From Dehalococcoidia bacterium (GTDB lineage Bacteria > Chloroflexota > Dehalococcoidia > GIF9 > AB-539-J10): a DNA stretch of 64,000 nt. The notes beneath the pieces were generated by a model that was not told the DNA's origin, searched no databases, and was given only the letters and a program-made list of their open reading frames with translations. Of this stretch, positions 36,720 through 46,718 are shown piece after piece. The translations under genes were made by a program, and so were the position numbers. Within the stretch, counting starts at the first letter, position 1. Every line of letters starts with the position of its first letter. The stretch is from the NCBI GenBank assembly GCA_021157895.1, contig JAGGVQ010000006.1:80208-144207 (forward strand). The letters run 5' to 3'.

Positions 36720-37760
36720 TTAGGATTTAATTTTTGTATTCAAACTAGTGATATCTCTATTGATAGCTTGAGCTATGGGAGGTAATAGTGACATGAGATG
36801 TTGGAAGTTATCGAAAGTAAGTGATTGTGGTCCATCTGTGAGGGCCTTATCGGGATTGGGGTGAACCTCTACTAGCAAGCCATCAGCGCCTGAAGCTATT
36901 GCTGCCAGTGCCAGTGGCTCTACCAAGTACCACTTGCCTGTAGCGTGACTGGGATCCGCGATAATGGGTAAATGGCTGACTCTCTTAATTATTGGAATAG
37001 CACTGATATCCATAGTGTTACGCGTGTAAGTTTCGAAGGTTCTGATTCCCCGCTCACAGAGAATCACCTGGTCATTACCTTCAGACAAGATATATTCGGC
37101 AGCCAGTAACCATTCTTGAATGGTAGAGGACAACCCTCGTTTGAGCATCACTGGTTTTTTAATTCTTCCCACCCTATCTAGCAAGGGGAAGTTTTGCATG
37201 TTTCTGGCTCCGACCTGAAGTATATCGGCATATTCAGCCACAAGTTCTACGTCATGAGGAGTCATCACTTCTGTGATGATGGGCAGTCCTGTTTCCTCCC
37301 GTGCCATGCTGAGCAGTTTTAGCCCTTCTTCGCCCAATCCCTGGAATTGATAGGGGGATGTGCGTGGTTTGAATGCTCCGCCTCGTAATATAGTTGCCCC
37401 TGCTGCTTTTACTGCCCGGGCTGTGCTCAGGATTTGCTGTTTGCTTTCTACGGCGCAGGGCCCAGCCATGATGGCTATCTCGTTATCCCCAATGGTTACA
37501 CCTCTTACATTTATTGTAGTATCCCGTGGGTGGAATTCACGGCTGGCAAGTTTGTATGGCTTGCTGACAAGGATAACCTCTTCTACTCCAGGGAGTAGTT
37601 CTAGTGTGTCCCGAAATTCGGGAAGAGCCTGTCCGAGGACACCAATGATAGTATGTGTTATTCCTTGTGATGTGTGGTATTTTAATCCTGATTTATCTAT
37701 GTGGTCAGTGACTTTACTGATATCATCTTGGCTACAGCCAGCTTTCATGACTACAATCAT
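36720..37760 (-). CDS. aroF: 3-deoxy-7-phosphoheptulonate (DAHP) synthase, type I-beta with an N-terminal ferredoxin-like regulatory domain
   Basis: [32 protein letters not shown] and DPSHATG. A regulatory domain of about 70 aa precedes the barrel. Confidence 0.85.
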   Translation of the reverse strand: MIVVMKAGCSQDDISKVTDHIDKSGLKYHTSQGITHTIIGVLGQALPEFRDTLELLPGVEEVILVSKPYKLASREFHPRDTTINVRGVTIGDNEIAIMAGPCAVESKQQILSTARAVKAAGATILRGGAFKPRTSPYQFQGLGEEGLKLLSMAREETGLPIITEVMTPHDVELVAEYADILQVGARNMQNFPLLDRVGRIKKPVMLKRGLSSTIQEWLLAAEYILSEGNDQVILCERGIRTFETYTRNTMDISAIPIIKRVSHLPIIADPSHATGKWYLVEPLALAAIASGADGLLVEVHPNPDKALTDGPQSLTFDNFQHLMSLLPPIAQAINRDITSLNTKIKS

Positions 37761-38122
37761 TATGTGCTCCTGGATATTAAACTTTTTGCTTCCTTCAGGT
37801 AAATATGCTTGATTTGTTCTGGTGTTTTTTCTGTGTTCACCAGCATTAAAATTCTGATACAGCGATGCAGACTGTGAGGGACATCCATTTCATGGCCATC
37901 AATTAAGGCTAGATAATGTGGCCATCCCATCTCTCGTGTTGCTGCTGCAGGGAACTCGGCATTCAGATCTGGAGTGGTGGTAAAGAAAATGGCTGCTATA
38001 TCGTTAGCTGTGACATCATTCGCCGTAGTGATCTCAGTAAGCAGGTCCTTAGTTGCGGCAATTATGCTCTCCCGAGTATTTGCGGAAGCTGTGATAGCGC
38101 CCCTGATACCTTGACACGGCAA
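37760..38122 (-). CDS. aroH: chorismate mutase, AroH class
   Basis: IRGAITA...NT.ESI...T.DLL, then [18 protein letters not shown]. Length is 120 aa. Confidence 0.8.
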   Translation of the reverse strand: MPCQGIRGAITASANTRESIIAATKDLLTEITTANDVTANDIAAIFFTTTPDLNAEFPAAATREMGWPHYLALIDGHEMDVPHSLHRCIRILMLVNTEKTPEQIKHIYLKEAKSLISRST

Positions 38123-38290
38123 TTTGCAGAGTTCTCCTTAGTTTTAAGCAGATAGCCTATCTTATTTGTTTAGCTTCGTCAATGAAGTCATGGGAGGAGT
38201 CTGTGGAATGTAATATCTCGAAAATATTGAGTTATAAACTGCCTCTTTAGTGTTTGTTATAATCCTTCTTATTGGCTATACTATTTTCGT

Positions 38291-38362
38291 GCCAGCGTAG
38301 CTCAGAGGTAGAGCAGCGGTTTCGTAAACCGCTGGTCGTCGGTTCGACTCCGACCGCTGGCT
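38291..38362 (+). tRNA. tRNA-Thr (anticodon CGU); no encoded CCA
   Basis: The cloverleaf was folded by hand: acceptor GCCAGCG/CGCTGGC, D arm GCTC-AGAGGTA-GAGC, anticodon arm GCGGT-TTCGTAA-ACCGC, T arm GTCGG-TTCGACT-CCGAC. Confidence 0.9.
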
Positions 38363-38547
38363 ATCAGAGTGTGAAGCAATTTGCCAAGCGAATTACTAGC
38401 TGTTATTTGGTGATGTTTACAAGCTTATTGTGAGTTGATTCTGATTATGGTAGGGTTTTATGTTTCGCGTCGATCATGCATGGAACATATGTGTTCTGTG
38501 GGTTGTGGAAGCTAAGTGTTAGTTTTACACTGGAGATAGATGTCGAA

Positions 38548-39297
38548 ATGAGTAAATTTGTTGATAAGCTACAAGGTCTTTCGAAATATCCGGTGTCCTT
38601 AGGGTTTCACTCTCCTAGTAAGGCATCTACGAGCTTGCCAATGCTACTCATCGCTGAGTTGTCTGACACAAGTTTGAAGGGAGCCAAGGTTTTGTTTGAG
38701 GGTGTTGTTGATGCTGGATTGATATCGAAACGCCATGTCGACAAGGCAAAATTGAAGCAGCTATCCAGGGCTATGGGCAAGATTCCTCTTGGAGTGGATC
38801 TGGAAGATGCTACTAATGTTGAGCTTGCTGATCTCAAGGATACGGGTTGTGATTTTGTAGTCTTTAATCTAAAGACATCTATCGTGGCATTGGCAGAGGA
38901 TGATATGGGCAAATTATTATCTGTGCCACCAACTCTGGATGGTGATTTGATTGAGGCTATCAATGAAGTGTCCCTAGATGGTGTGTTTATTGGCAAAGTG
39001 GGAGAGCCATTCATTACCTTGGAGCACTTGCTTGCCTGCCAACGCTTGGGGGCATTCTTGACAAAACCAGTTGTTGTTACTTTGCCTTCTTTAGTGACTG
39101 GTGTTGAGCTTGCCATCCTGTGGCAGGCTGGTGTGGATGCAGTGGTTCTTCCTGCGCCACAAACACGTGAGTCGTTTATGAAGTTGCGAGGAATGATTGC
39201 GAATCTACCCAAAAGACATAGGATACGCCCTGGTAGAGAGGGAGTATCATTGCCCCACTACTATGTCACTGACTTGAAAGATGAAGAGGATGCATAA
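38548..39297 (+). CDS. hypothetical protein (alternating beta/alpha pattern, possibly TIM-barrel-like)
   Basis: Clean coding frame. The antisense 201-aa ORF is Ser/Thr/Arg-rich shadow sequence. Start chosen at MSKFVDKLQG. I recognise no motif. Confidence 0.5.
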   Translation: MSKFVDKLQGLSKYPVSLGFHSPSKASTSLPMLLIAELSDTSLKGAKVLFEGVVDAGLISKRHVDKAKLKQLSRAMGKIPLGVDLEDATNVELADLKDTGCDFVVFNLKTSIVALAEDDMGKLLSVPPTLDGDLIEAINEVSLDGVFIGKVGEPFITLEHLLACQRLGAFLTKPVVVTLPSLVTGVELAILWQAGVDAVVLPAPQTRESFMKLRGMIANLPKRHRIRPGREGVSLPHYYVTDLKDEEDA

Positions 39298-39330
39298 GTT
39301 CCTTTACCTTAATTCTTTATGGATTAAGAT

Positions 39331-39939
39331 ATGGGCTTAGGCCTGTTTTTACTTTCAGCTGCAGGCATTTCCCTAACTGGGGCTATGATGCCAGGGCCGC
39401 TTACTGCTGCGGTAGTCTCCAAAGGATATGGAGACAGAGATGCTGGCGTAGCGGTTGCCGTGGGGCACGGTATCGTCGAGTTGCCTCTCATAGCAGCAAT
39501 TTACTTCGGGTTTGGCCACTTCCTTACTTCTCCCAGTGTCATCAATATTATTAGTGTTGGGGGGGGGTTAATGCTGATTTATTTAGGCTTACGGATGTTC
39601 CGAACTTCTAACAGAATGCTGGGCATGCCTGATGGCTTGCCTCATAGCCTTGTTGTCACTGGTATCTTCACTACTGGCACTAATCCATATTTCTTTGTCT
39701 GGTGGGCGACTGTAGGAATGGCATTGATAGCTGCTGCTGCTGAATTTGGGATTGTCGGCGTTGCCCTTTTCATTTTGGTACACTGGGGGTGTGATTTAGC
39801 CTGTGATGAATTTATATCCTTCGTTACATTTCGGTCACGAGAGTGGTGGACCCAGAAAACATTTAAAGTTATATCGAGCATCTGTGCACTGATACTGATT
39901 GGTTTTGGAGTTTGGTTCTGTTTGTCAGTATTTGTTTGA
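39331..39939 (+). CDS. LysE/RhtB-family amino-acid exporter
   Basis: Six-TM pattern with the N-terminal ...GAMMPGPLTAAVV motif typical of LysE-type translocators. Confidence 0.7.
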   Translation: MGLGLFLLSAAGISLTGAMMPGPLTAAVVSKGYGDRDAGVAVAVGHGIVELPLIAAIYFGFGHFLTSPSVINIISVGGGLMLIYLGLRMFRTSNRMLGMPDGLPHSLVVTGIFTTGTNPYFFVWWATVGMALIAAAAEFGIVGVALFILVHWGCDLACDEFISFVTFRSREWWTQKTFKVISSICALILIGFGVWFCLSVFV

Positions 39940-39943
39940 GTGG

Positions 39944-41089
39944 TTAAGGGATAACTTGATTGGCCTGAAAGTGCTTCCCTTCAATCTTAATATCAGGGGC
40001 GATGATCATCTTGGTGTTGTGCATCTCCCGGATGTTACGAGCGCTGCAGACTCCCATGCTGGTGCGCAGGGCTCCAATTAAGTTCTGCGTGCCGTTGGTG
40101 ACTGAAGTGGGACCGAAGAGAATCTGCCTCAGCGGAGTTTGAGTTCCAACCTTGACGCGGGTCCCTCGGGGGAGTGTTGGGTGAGGGTGAGACATTCCCC
40201 AGTGGTAGCCTTTTCCAGGAGCTTCTATAGCTTGTGCTAAGGGAGACCCGATCATGACAGCATCTGCACCTGCTGCAAATGATTTACATAAATCCCCGCC
40301 GGTCCGAATGCCTCCATCGGTAATAACTGCTACATATTTGCCACTCTCTTCAAAATAGGTCTGCCGGGCGGCAGCACCATCCATAGTAGCTGTTATCTGT
40401 GGCACGCCGACACCAAGGACCTCTCTGGTGGTGCAGGCTGCTCCCGGTCCGACGCCTACCAGTATGCCATCAATCCCTGTTCGCATTAAATCCAGTGCAG
40501 CACTGTAACTGCAACAATTGCCAATAATAATGGGCAAGGACATCATCTCCCGTATCTCAGATAGTACAAGCCCGGTATAGCTCTTGGAGATATGTTTGGC
40601 CGTGGTAACTGTGGACTGTATAACTAGAATATCTACCCCTGCCTCTCTAGCGATGGGGGCTAGTTGTTTGGTATTAGCTGGGGTGACTGATCCAGCACAG
40701 GTAACGCCAGCCTCCTTGATTTTGTCAATACGGCCAGCGATGAGGTTTTCCTTGATGGGCTGAGAGTAAAATTTCTGCATTAGTGAGGTGGCATCTGACG
40801 CTGGTGCTTTGGCTATTTCCTCGATGATTTCTTCAGGGCTATCGTATCTGGTTTGTAATCCCTCTAGGTTAAGGACGGCTAGCCCTCCCAGCTTGCCAAA
40901 TTGGATGGCAAAGGAAGGGTCAACAACGCTATCCATTGCAGAGGCTAAAATCGGGGTGGGAAATTTGATATCTCCCAAGGTAAACGTGATATCTATCTGG
41001 TCAGGATTTATGGTTATATCACCAGGAACCAGAGCCACTTCATCAAATCCATAAGTTTGTCTCATTTCCTTGAATTTCGGATCAGGCAT
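39944..41089 (-). CDS. IMP dehydrogenase-related protein without CBS domains (GuaB3-like)
   Basis: FDEVALVPG, ASAMDSVV, the catalytic-loop context GVGPGAACTTREVLGVGVPQITA, and DGGIRTGGD. Start set at 41089 after GAGGAG. Confidence 0.8.
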   Translation of the reverse strand: MPDPKFKEMRQTYGFDEVALVPGDITINPDQIDITFTLGDIKFPTPILASAMDSVVDPSFAIQFGKLGGLAVLNLEGLQTRYDSPEEIIEEIAKAPASDATSLMQKFYSQPIKENLIAGRIDKIKEAGVTCAGSVTPANTKQLAPIAREAGVDILVIQSTVTTAKHISKSYTGLVLSEIREMMSLPIIIGNCCSYSAALDLMRTGIDGILVGVGPGAACTTREVLGVGVPQITATMDGAAARQTYFEESGKYVAVITDGGIRTGGDLCKSFAAGADAVMIGSPLAQAIEAPGKGYHWGMSHPHPTLPRGTRVKVGTQTPLRQILFGPTSVTNGTQNLIGALRTSMGVCSARNIREMHNTKMIIAPDIKIEGKHFQANQVIP

Positions 41090-41184
41090 ATCATGAGCTC
41101 CTCGTATGGTAAAAGTTGCCAACACTATACAAAGACGGTGAATTAAAGTCAAGGCTGTGATGCAGGTGGCGTTACAGGATATAA

Positions 41185-42015
41185 TTGCTCTTGATGTCTG
41201 TCCTTTATGTTATTGCTACCCCTATAGGAAATCTGGAAGACATTTCTTTGCGTACTTTGCGGTTGCTGCGAGAGGTAGATCTTATTGCTGCCGAGGATAC
41301 GCGAGCAATACGCCATCTTCTCAGTGCCTATGGCATAAGGGCTGTGGTTACCAGCTATCATGAGCATAATAAACTGACTAAGCTCGATTATTTGTTGGGC
41401 TATCTCCAAACACATAGCGTGGCTTTAGTTTCTGAAGCTGGTACGCCGGGCTTAAGCGATCCTGGGTATGAGCTTATCACTGCTGCAGTCAAGCAAGGTG
41501 TCAGGGTTATTCCTATTCCAGGGGCTTCAGCGGTGATTGCCGCGCTAGTTGTATCTGGATTGCCCAGCGACCAGTTTCTGTACATTGGTTTTCTGCCCCG
41601 CCGTGGCCAGCAGAGGAAGCGCCTTCTTGTTTCTCTAGCAGGAGAGGCACGCACCGTGATAGCGTTTGAGTCACCCCACCGCCTCAAATCGGCATTAAAT
41701 GACATCTTAGAAAGCTTGGGAGATAGAGATATAGCTGTTTGTCGGGAGCTTACCAAGATTCACGAAGAGGTATTTCGGGGGCGAGTAAGTCAAGCCATCG
41801 AGCATTTTACTGAGCCGAGGGGGGAGTTTACTCTGGTTATTCGAGGTAAAATGGCTGATGATAGTGTAGTGACCGACAGGCAGGCAGAGGAGTTGTGGAA
41901 GCTTTACCGGCAGGGGATGGGGGCTAGGGAGGCGGTAGCGCAAGTAGCCCATATTACCGGATTATCAAAAAACGGGCTTTATCGAACATGGCTGAAGTTG
42001 ATGAAGGAAAAGTAG
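41185..42015 (+). CDS. rsmI: 16S rRNA (cytidine1402-2'-O)-methyltransferase
   Basis: LYVIATPIGNLEDISLRTLRLLREVDLIAAEDTR. Confidence 0.85.
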   Translation: MLLMSVLYVIATPIGNLEDISLRTLRLLREVDLIAAEDTRAIRHLLSAYGIRAVVTSYHEHNKLTKLDYLLGYLQTHSVALVSEAGTPGLSDPGYELITAAVKQGVRVIPIPGASAVIAALVVSGLPSDQFLYIGFLPRRGQQRKRLLVSLAGEARTVIAFESPHRLKSALNDILESLGDRDIAVCRELTKIHEEVFRGRVSQAIEHFTEPRGEFTLVIRGKMADDSVVTDRQAEELWKLYRQGMGAREAVAQVAHITGLSKNGLYRTWLKLMKEK

Positions 42016-42089
42016 GATAGGCTGGCTGTGGGGTAGCTTACTTTACTGAATAATCTATGTCCTTTTTGTGTAGGGAACGACCCGACAAG

Positions 42090-42117
42090 TTACTTTTTCC
42101 TCAAGGCTTAGTATAAT
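42090..42117 (+). promoter_or_regulatory. candidate promoter of metG (TTACTT-N16-TATAAT)
   Basis: Hexamers at 42090-42095 and 42112-42117. Confidence 0.35.
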
Positions 42118-42147
42118 AAGCGAAATCTTGTTGCTTGCGAGCTTTAT

Positions 42148-43821
42148 TTGAGTGAAATTATCCTGATAGGGGTTGCTTGGCCTTATGCTAATGGGTCCCT
42201 GCACTTGGGTCAGGTCGCCGGGGCATATCTGCCAGCGGATATTTTTGCGCGCTACCATCGTCTGAATGGCGATGAAGTGTTAATGGTTTCTGGCAGTGAT
42301 CAGCATGGGGCGCCAATTACGATTCGGGCGGAGAAGGAATCCAAGACACCCCAGGAGATAGCTTCCAGATATCACCAGCAGTTTCTCCAGAACTGGCGGG
42401 ACTTGGGTATTTCCTTTGATTTGTTTACTTCCACGGGTACAGAAAATCACTTGAAGGTGACACACGATATATTTCTTACCCTTTGGAACAAGGGTTATCT
42501 TCGTAAGGATGTCATGCTCCAGGCTTACTGTCCCAAGTGCCAGCGTTTCCTGCCTGATCGCTATGTTGAAGGTACTTGCCCTTATTGTGGTTTTCCTACA
42601 GCGAGAGGCGATGGATGTGATGAATGTGGCAAACCACTGAACCCCACTGATCTTAAAGACCCCTATTGCGTATTGTGCTCTACTCCACCCAGATTCGAGA
42701 TGTCAGAGCATTTTTTTCTCAGACTCAGTGCGTTTCAGGATGAGTTAGAGATGTGGATAGCGAGTCAATCTAACTGGAAACACAATGTTCTGGGGACTAC
42801 CAGAAAGCTGCTAAAGGAGGGTTTAAAGGATCGTGCGATAACTCGGGACATGGACTGGGGAATTCCTGTGCCGATTGAGGGATTTAATCATAAATGTATA
42901 TATGTGTGGTTTGAGGCTGTTATTGGTTATTTATCAGCGAGTAAGGAATGGGCACATCTGCAGGGAGATGATACTGCTTGGCAACATTTCTGGCATGGGG
43001 ATGCTAAAAGTTTTTATTTTATTGGTAAGGATAATATATTTTTCCATACTCTTATATGGCCAGCGATGTTAATGGGCTATGGGGACTTGAACCTTCCCTA
43101 TAATGTTCCTGCTAATGAATTTTTGACCCTTGAGGGTAAGCGTCTTTCAACCAGCCTGAATTGGGCAGTCTGGCTACCTGATTATTTAGAGAGGTATGAT
43201 CCTGACTCCTTGAGATATGCCTTGGCGGCCAATATGCCTGAGACTGGAGATAGCGATTTCTCCTGGCGCGAGTTCCTTCGGCGTAACAATGACGAGCTGG
43301 TGGCTACCTATGGAAATTTAGCTCACCGTGTTCTTACTTTCGCCTTCCGCTACTTTGAAGGCGTAGTGCCTTCACCTGGCGAACTCGATGATCAAAGTCG
43401 AGATTTGCTGGATAAAGCTGGTGATACCATAATTGATGTAGGACGGTCGTTACAAGCATGTCAATTTAGAAAGGCAATCAGAAAAATTATGGCATTGGCT
43501 CAAGATGCCAACCGTTATATTGATGTTCAGGCTCCGTGGAAAACGATTAGAGAGGAACCTCAAAGTGCAGCGAGGTCCACCTATACTGTATTATCGGTGT
43601 TAACAACTTTGAGAACTGTATTTTCCCCCTTCCTTCCTTTCAGCTCGGAGAAACTGCATACATATCTTGGCTTTACGGGAAGCGTCAGCGATGTTGGTTG
43701 GAGACTTCAAATATTACCCCCGGGGCAGAAACTTCATTATCCTAAGCCATTATTTGCTAAACTTGATGACAGCATTGTTGTTCAGGAGGAAAGTCGCCTC
43801 AATAAATTCTCCCAGCGGTGA
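42148..43821 (+). CDS. metG: methionine--tRNA ligase (short form, zinc-knuckle CP domain)
   Basis: WPYANGSLHLGQ, the Cys knuckles CPKC...CPYCG...CDECG...CVLC, and FIGKDNIFFHTLIWPAML. TTG start. Confidence 0.9.
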   Translation: MSEIILIGVAWPYANGSLHLGQVAGAYLPADIFARYHRLNGDEVLMVSGSDQHGAPITIRAEKESKTPQEIASRYHQQFLQNWRDLGISFDLFTSTGTENHLKVTHDIFLTLWNKGYLRKDVMLQAYCPKCQRFLPDRYVEGTCPYCGFPTARGDGCDECGKPLNPTDLKDPYCVLCSTPPRFEMSEHFFLRLSAFQDELEMWIASQSNWKHNVLGTTRKLLKEGLKDRAITRDMDWGIPVPIEGFNHKCIYVWFEAVIGYLSASKEWAHLQGDDTAWQHFWHGDAKSFYFIGKDNIFFHTLIWPAMLMGYGDLNLPYNVPANEFLTLEGKRLSTSLNWAVWLPDYLERYDPDSLRYALAANMPETGDSDFSWREFLRRNNDELVATYGNLAHRVLTFAFRYFEGVVPSPGELDDQSRDLLDKAGDTIIDVGRSLQACQFRKAIRKIMALAQDANRYIDVQAPWKTIREEPQSAARSTYTVLSVLTTLRTVFSPFLPFSSEKLHTYLGFTGSVSDVGWRLQILPPGQKLHYPKPLFAKLDDSIVVQEESRLNKFSQR

Positions 43822-43826
43822 ATTAA

Positions 43827-44789
43827 GTGCAGCTTGATGATATCTATAAACCTATAGAGCAAGACCTGCACAGGGTTCAACAGAGGCTAAGAGCAGCGGT
43901 TGATGTTGATATTCCTCTCCTATCGCGGCTATTGGCGTATGTACTAGAGAGTGGCGGCAAGCAAATTCGCCCTGCCGTCACTCTTTTTGTAGGGAAGCTT
44001 TATCATTATGATGTGGACCTTCTCTCACTTGCTGCAGCTGCGATAGAGCTGTTGCATACCAGTACGCTGGTACATGATGACATTGTGGATAATTCAACAC
44101 AGCGGCGCAATAAGGGCACTACAAATTATCTTTGGGGGGAAGATAGGGCGGTACTTCTGGGTGATTATCTGTTCGGCAAGTCTGCTAATTTAATTACTGA
44201 GACAGGGGACATTCGTGTTATGAGGCTCTTTAGCCGCACGGTAATGACTGTTTCCAGTGGCGAGTTGGTATATAGTGCCTCTCCTGCAGTGAGACAAACG
44301 CGAGAGAGCTATTTTCATTGGATTGGTGCTAAGACAGCCTATCTTTTCTCCATGGCAGCTCGCGGAGGCGCTATTTTAAGTCAAGCGCCGGATCAAGCGA
44401 TAGAGGCGTGTACTGCTTATGGTTATAATCTGGGAATGGCTTTTCAGGTGACGGATGACATTCTGGATTTTATGGGAGATGGGGCTGAGTTGGGAAAACC
44501 TCTTGGTTCTGATCTAAGCAGAGGCATTTTTACCTTACCCACAATACTTTTTTTGGAGGGGCGTGTTGGGGCAGATAATATAGTACAGAAAACCATTGAA
44601 AGCACTGACCCTGGAGATATCAAATTGGTAATGGATGAGATTCGTCAATCTCGCGCAATAGCGGATTGTGCTGATATTGCCCGAAACTTCTCTGAAAAAG
44701 CCTGCCATGCATTAGAGGAGTTACCACACGAGGAATCTTGGTTCAAGCTTGTTGACCTGGCTCATTATATTCTGGAGAGGCGACAGTAA
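43827..44789 (+). CDS. polyprenyl diphosphate synthase (trans-IPPS, hepta/octaprenyl type)
   Basis: FARM LVHDDIVDN and SARM FQVTDDILDF. Confidence 0.85.
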   Translation: MQLDDIYKPIEQDLHRVQQRLRAAVDVDIPLLSRLLAYVLESGGKQIRPAVTLFVGKLYHYDVDLLSLAAAAIELLHTSTLVHDDIVDNSTQRRNKGTTNYLWGEDRAVLLGDYLFGKSANLITETGDIRVMRLFSRTVMTVSSGELVYSASPAVRQTRESYFHWIGAKTAYLFSMAARGGAILSQAPDQAIEACTAYGYNLGMAFQVTDDILDFMGDGAELGKPLGSDLSRGIFTLPTILFLEGRVGADNIVQKTIESTDPGDIKLVMDEIRQSRAIADCADIARNFSEKACHALEELPHEESWFKLVDLAHYILERRQ

Positions 44790-44797
44790 CGTATTTG

Positions 44798-46627
44798 TTA
44801 ACTGGGCTGTGGTGCTAAATCTCCGAATAGCTTGTCAAGCTCAGGTTGTTCTATTACCTCCTTGGTGATAAGTTGCTCGGCGATTTGTTTGAGTTTTGCT
44901 TTGTTCTCCGTTAGGATTTTTCTTGTTGTATTGTAGGCTTGATGGATAATATTTTGTACTTCTTCATCTATTTGTTCTGCCACTTTGTCGCTATAGTCTC
45001 TTTGTTCGCTGATCTCGCGGCCTAAGAAAACAAGTTCCTGTCTTTGCCCGAAAGTTCGTGGCCCCAGTTTGTCACTCATCCCGTATTCTGTGACCATCTT
45101 TCGAGCCAGCTTGGTTATTTCCTCTAGGTCGTTTTGTGCTCCTGTACTTACTTCATTGAAAGTGATTTCTTCCGCAACACGGCCACCCAGAGCTACTGAT
45201 AAGCTGGCATTGAATTGAGCTTTAGTCCATAGGCGATGCTCTTCAGTGGGCAGAAAGCGTGTCCATCCCCCCATTCTCCCACGGGCAACGATAGAGATTT
45301 TGTGAACCGGGTCGGCGTCAGGCAGCATCCTGGCTGTTAGCGCATGACCACTTTCGTGGTAAGCAATCCTATCTTTTTCTTTCTTGATGATTACCCGGTT
45401 TTTTTTCTCCGGGCCGGCAAGCACCCTGTCAACGGCATCCTCAAATTCGGTTAAGGAAATATCCTTGCGGTTATGCCTGGCAGCCAATATGGCGGCTTCA
45501 TTCATAATGTTGGCCAAATCTGCCCCGCTGAAACCTGGAGTTTCTCTAGCTATTATGTTTAGATCCGTCCCTTCAGCTAATGGTTTGTTTTTTGCATGTA
45601 TTTTCAGTATGGCGCTACGGCCATTAATATCAGGTTCGTCGATAACGATGTGCCGATCGAAACGACCAGGACGTAATAAGGCTGGATCCAAGATGTCAGG
45701 CCTGTTCGTAGCAGCAAGGACGATGATGTTGGTGTTGGTGTCGAAACCATCCATCTCGGATAGGATCTGATTTAAAGTTTGCTCTCTTTCATCATGACCA
45801 CCGCCCAAGCCAGCACCGCGATGTCGGCCCACCGCATCAATTTCATCGATGAAAATAATGCATGGAGTGTTGCGCTTGGCTTGATCAAAGAGATCTCGGA
45901 CTCTGGCAGCCCCTACGCCAACAAACATTTCCACAAACTCACTGCCACTCAATGAGTAAAAGGGGGTGTTTGCTTCTCCTGCTATAGCCTTAGCCAGCAG
46001 TGTTTTACCTGTGCCTGGTGGCCCCACTAGGAGTACTCCTCGAGGTACGCGAGCTCCTAAGGCGTCAAATTTTCTTGGTGACCTGAGGAACTCGACTATT
46101 TCTTGAAGCTCCCCTTTTATCTCATCGATGCCTGCGACATCGGCAAAGGTTACCGAGGTCTTATTGCCAGCGCTTAATTTGGCGCGGCTCTTGCCGAAGC
46201 TGAAAGCTTGAGAGCCTGCTCCCCGTGCTGACCGCATGAAGAAATAAAATAGCCCTCCGATGAGCATGAGAGGCAAAATAATTTGTAGGGCAATCAGTCC
46301 CCAATCAGTCCCTGTGGGAATAACATCGATGATTATTCCTTCTGACCCGATTGTCAGCCCTGCATCTTGGAGCATGCTACATAGATCAAAAGTACTACCA
46401 GCAAAGCCTGTCTGGATGATAACCTTGCTGTTCTTTAGGCCAGTTATGGTATCTTTAGAGGTATCTTGCTGGATGGTATCTATCTGTCCTTGGCGAGCTT
46501 GGTCGACAAATCCAGCTAGCGTTACCTTCTCAGGTCCACTACGTGGCAAGAGGGTAAACAGAATAACCATAGCTACCGCGATTATTGTTATATAAAAGAA
46601 TGTATTACGCCACCACTTTGTTCCCAT
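44798..46627 (-). CDS. ftsH: ATP-dependent zinc metalloprotease FtsH
   Basis: [13 protein letters not shown], the SRH region, and the HESGHAL zinc site. Confidence 0.95.
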   Translation of the reverse strand: MGTKWWRNTFFYITIIAVAMVILFTLLPRSGPEKVTLAGFVDQARQGQIDTIQQDTSKDTITGLKNSKVIIQTGFAGSTFDLCSMLQDAGLTIGSEGIIIDVIPTGTDWGLIALQIILPLMLIGGLFYFFMRSARGAGSQAFSFGKSRAKLSAGNKTSVTFADVAGIDEIKGELQEIVEFLRSPRKFDALGARVPRGVLLVGPPGTGKTLLAKAIAGEANTPFYSLSGSEFVEMFVGVGAARVRDLFDQAKRNTPCIIFIDEIDAVGRHRGAGLGGGHDEREQTLNQILSEMDGFDTNTNIIVLAATNRPDILDPALLRPGRFDRHIVIDEPDINGRSAILKIHAKNKPLAEGTDLNIIARETPGFSGADLANIMNEAAILAARHNRKDISLTEFEDAVDRVLAGPEKKNRVIIKKEKDRIAYHESGHALTARMLPDADPVHKISIVARGRMGGWTRFLPTEEHRLWTKAQFNASLSVALGGRVAEEITFNEVSTGAQNDLEEITKLARKMVTEYGMSDKLGPRTFGQRQELVFLGREISEQRDYSDKVAEQIDEEVQNIIHQAYNTTRKILTENKAKLKQIAEQLITKEVIEQPELDKLFGDLAPQPS

Positions 46628-46718
46628 ATATCTTGCTTATCATAGCAGAAATAGGGAGAATTAAGAAATGACACACACCTTAGCGAAAGTAGTATAATCA
46701 TAGTGGAGGTATTGCCTT

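Noticed and set aside
38607-39212. 201-aa antisense ORF opposite the 38548-39297 gene
   Set aside because: The translation is Ser/Thr/Arg/Pro-rich shadow sequence, whereas the plus-strand frame has normal protein composition and an SD.
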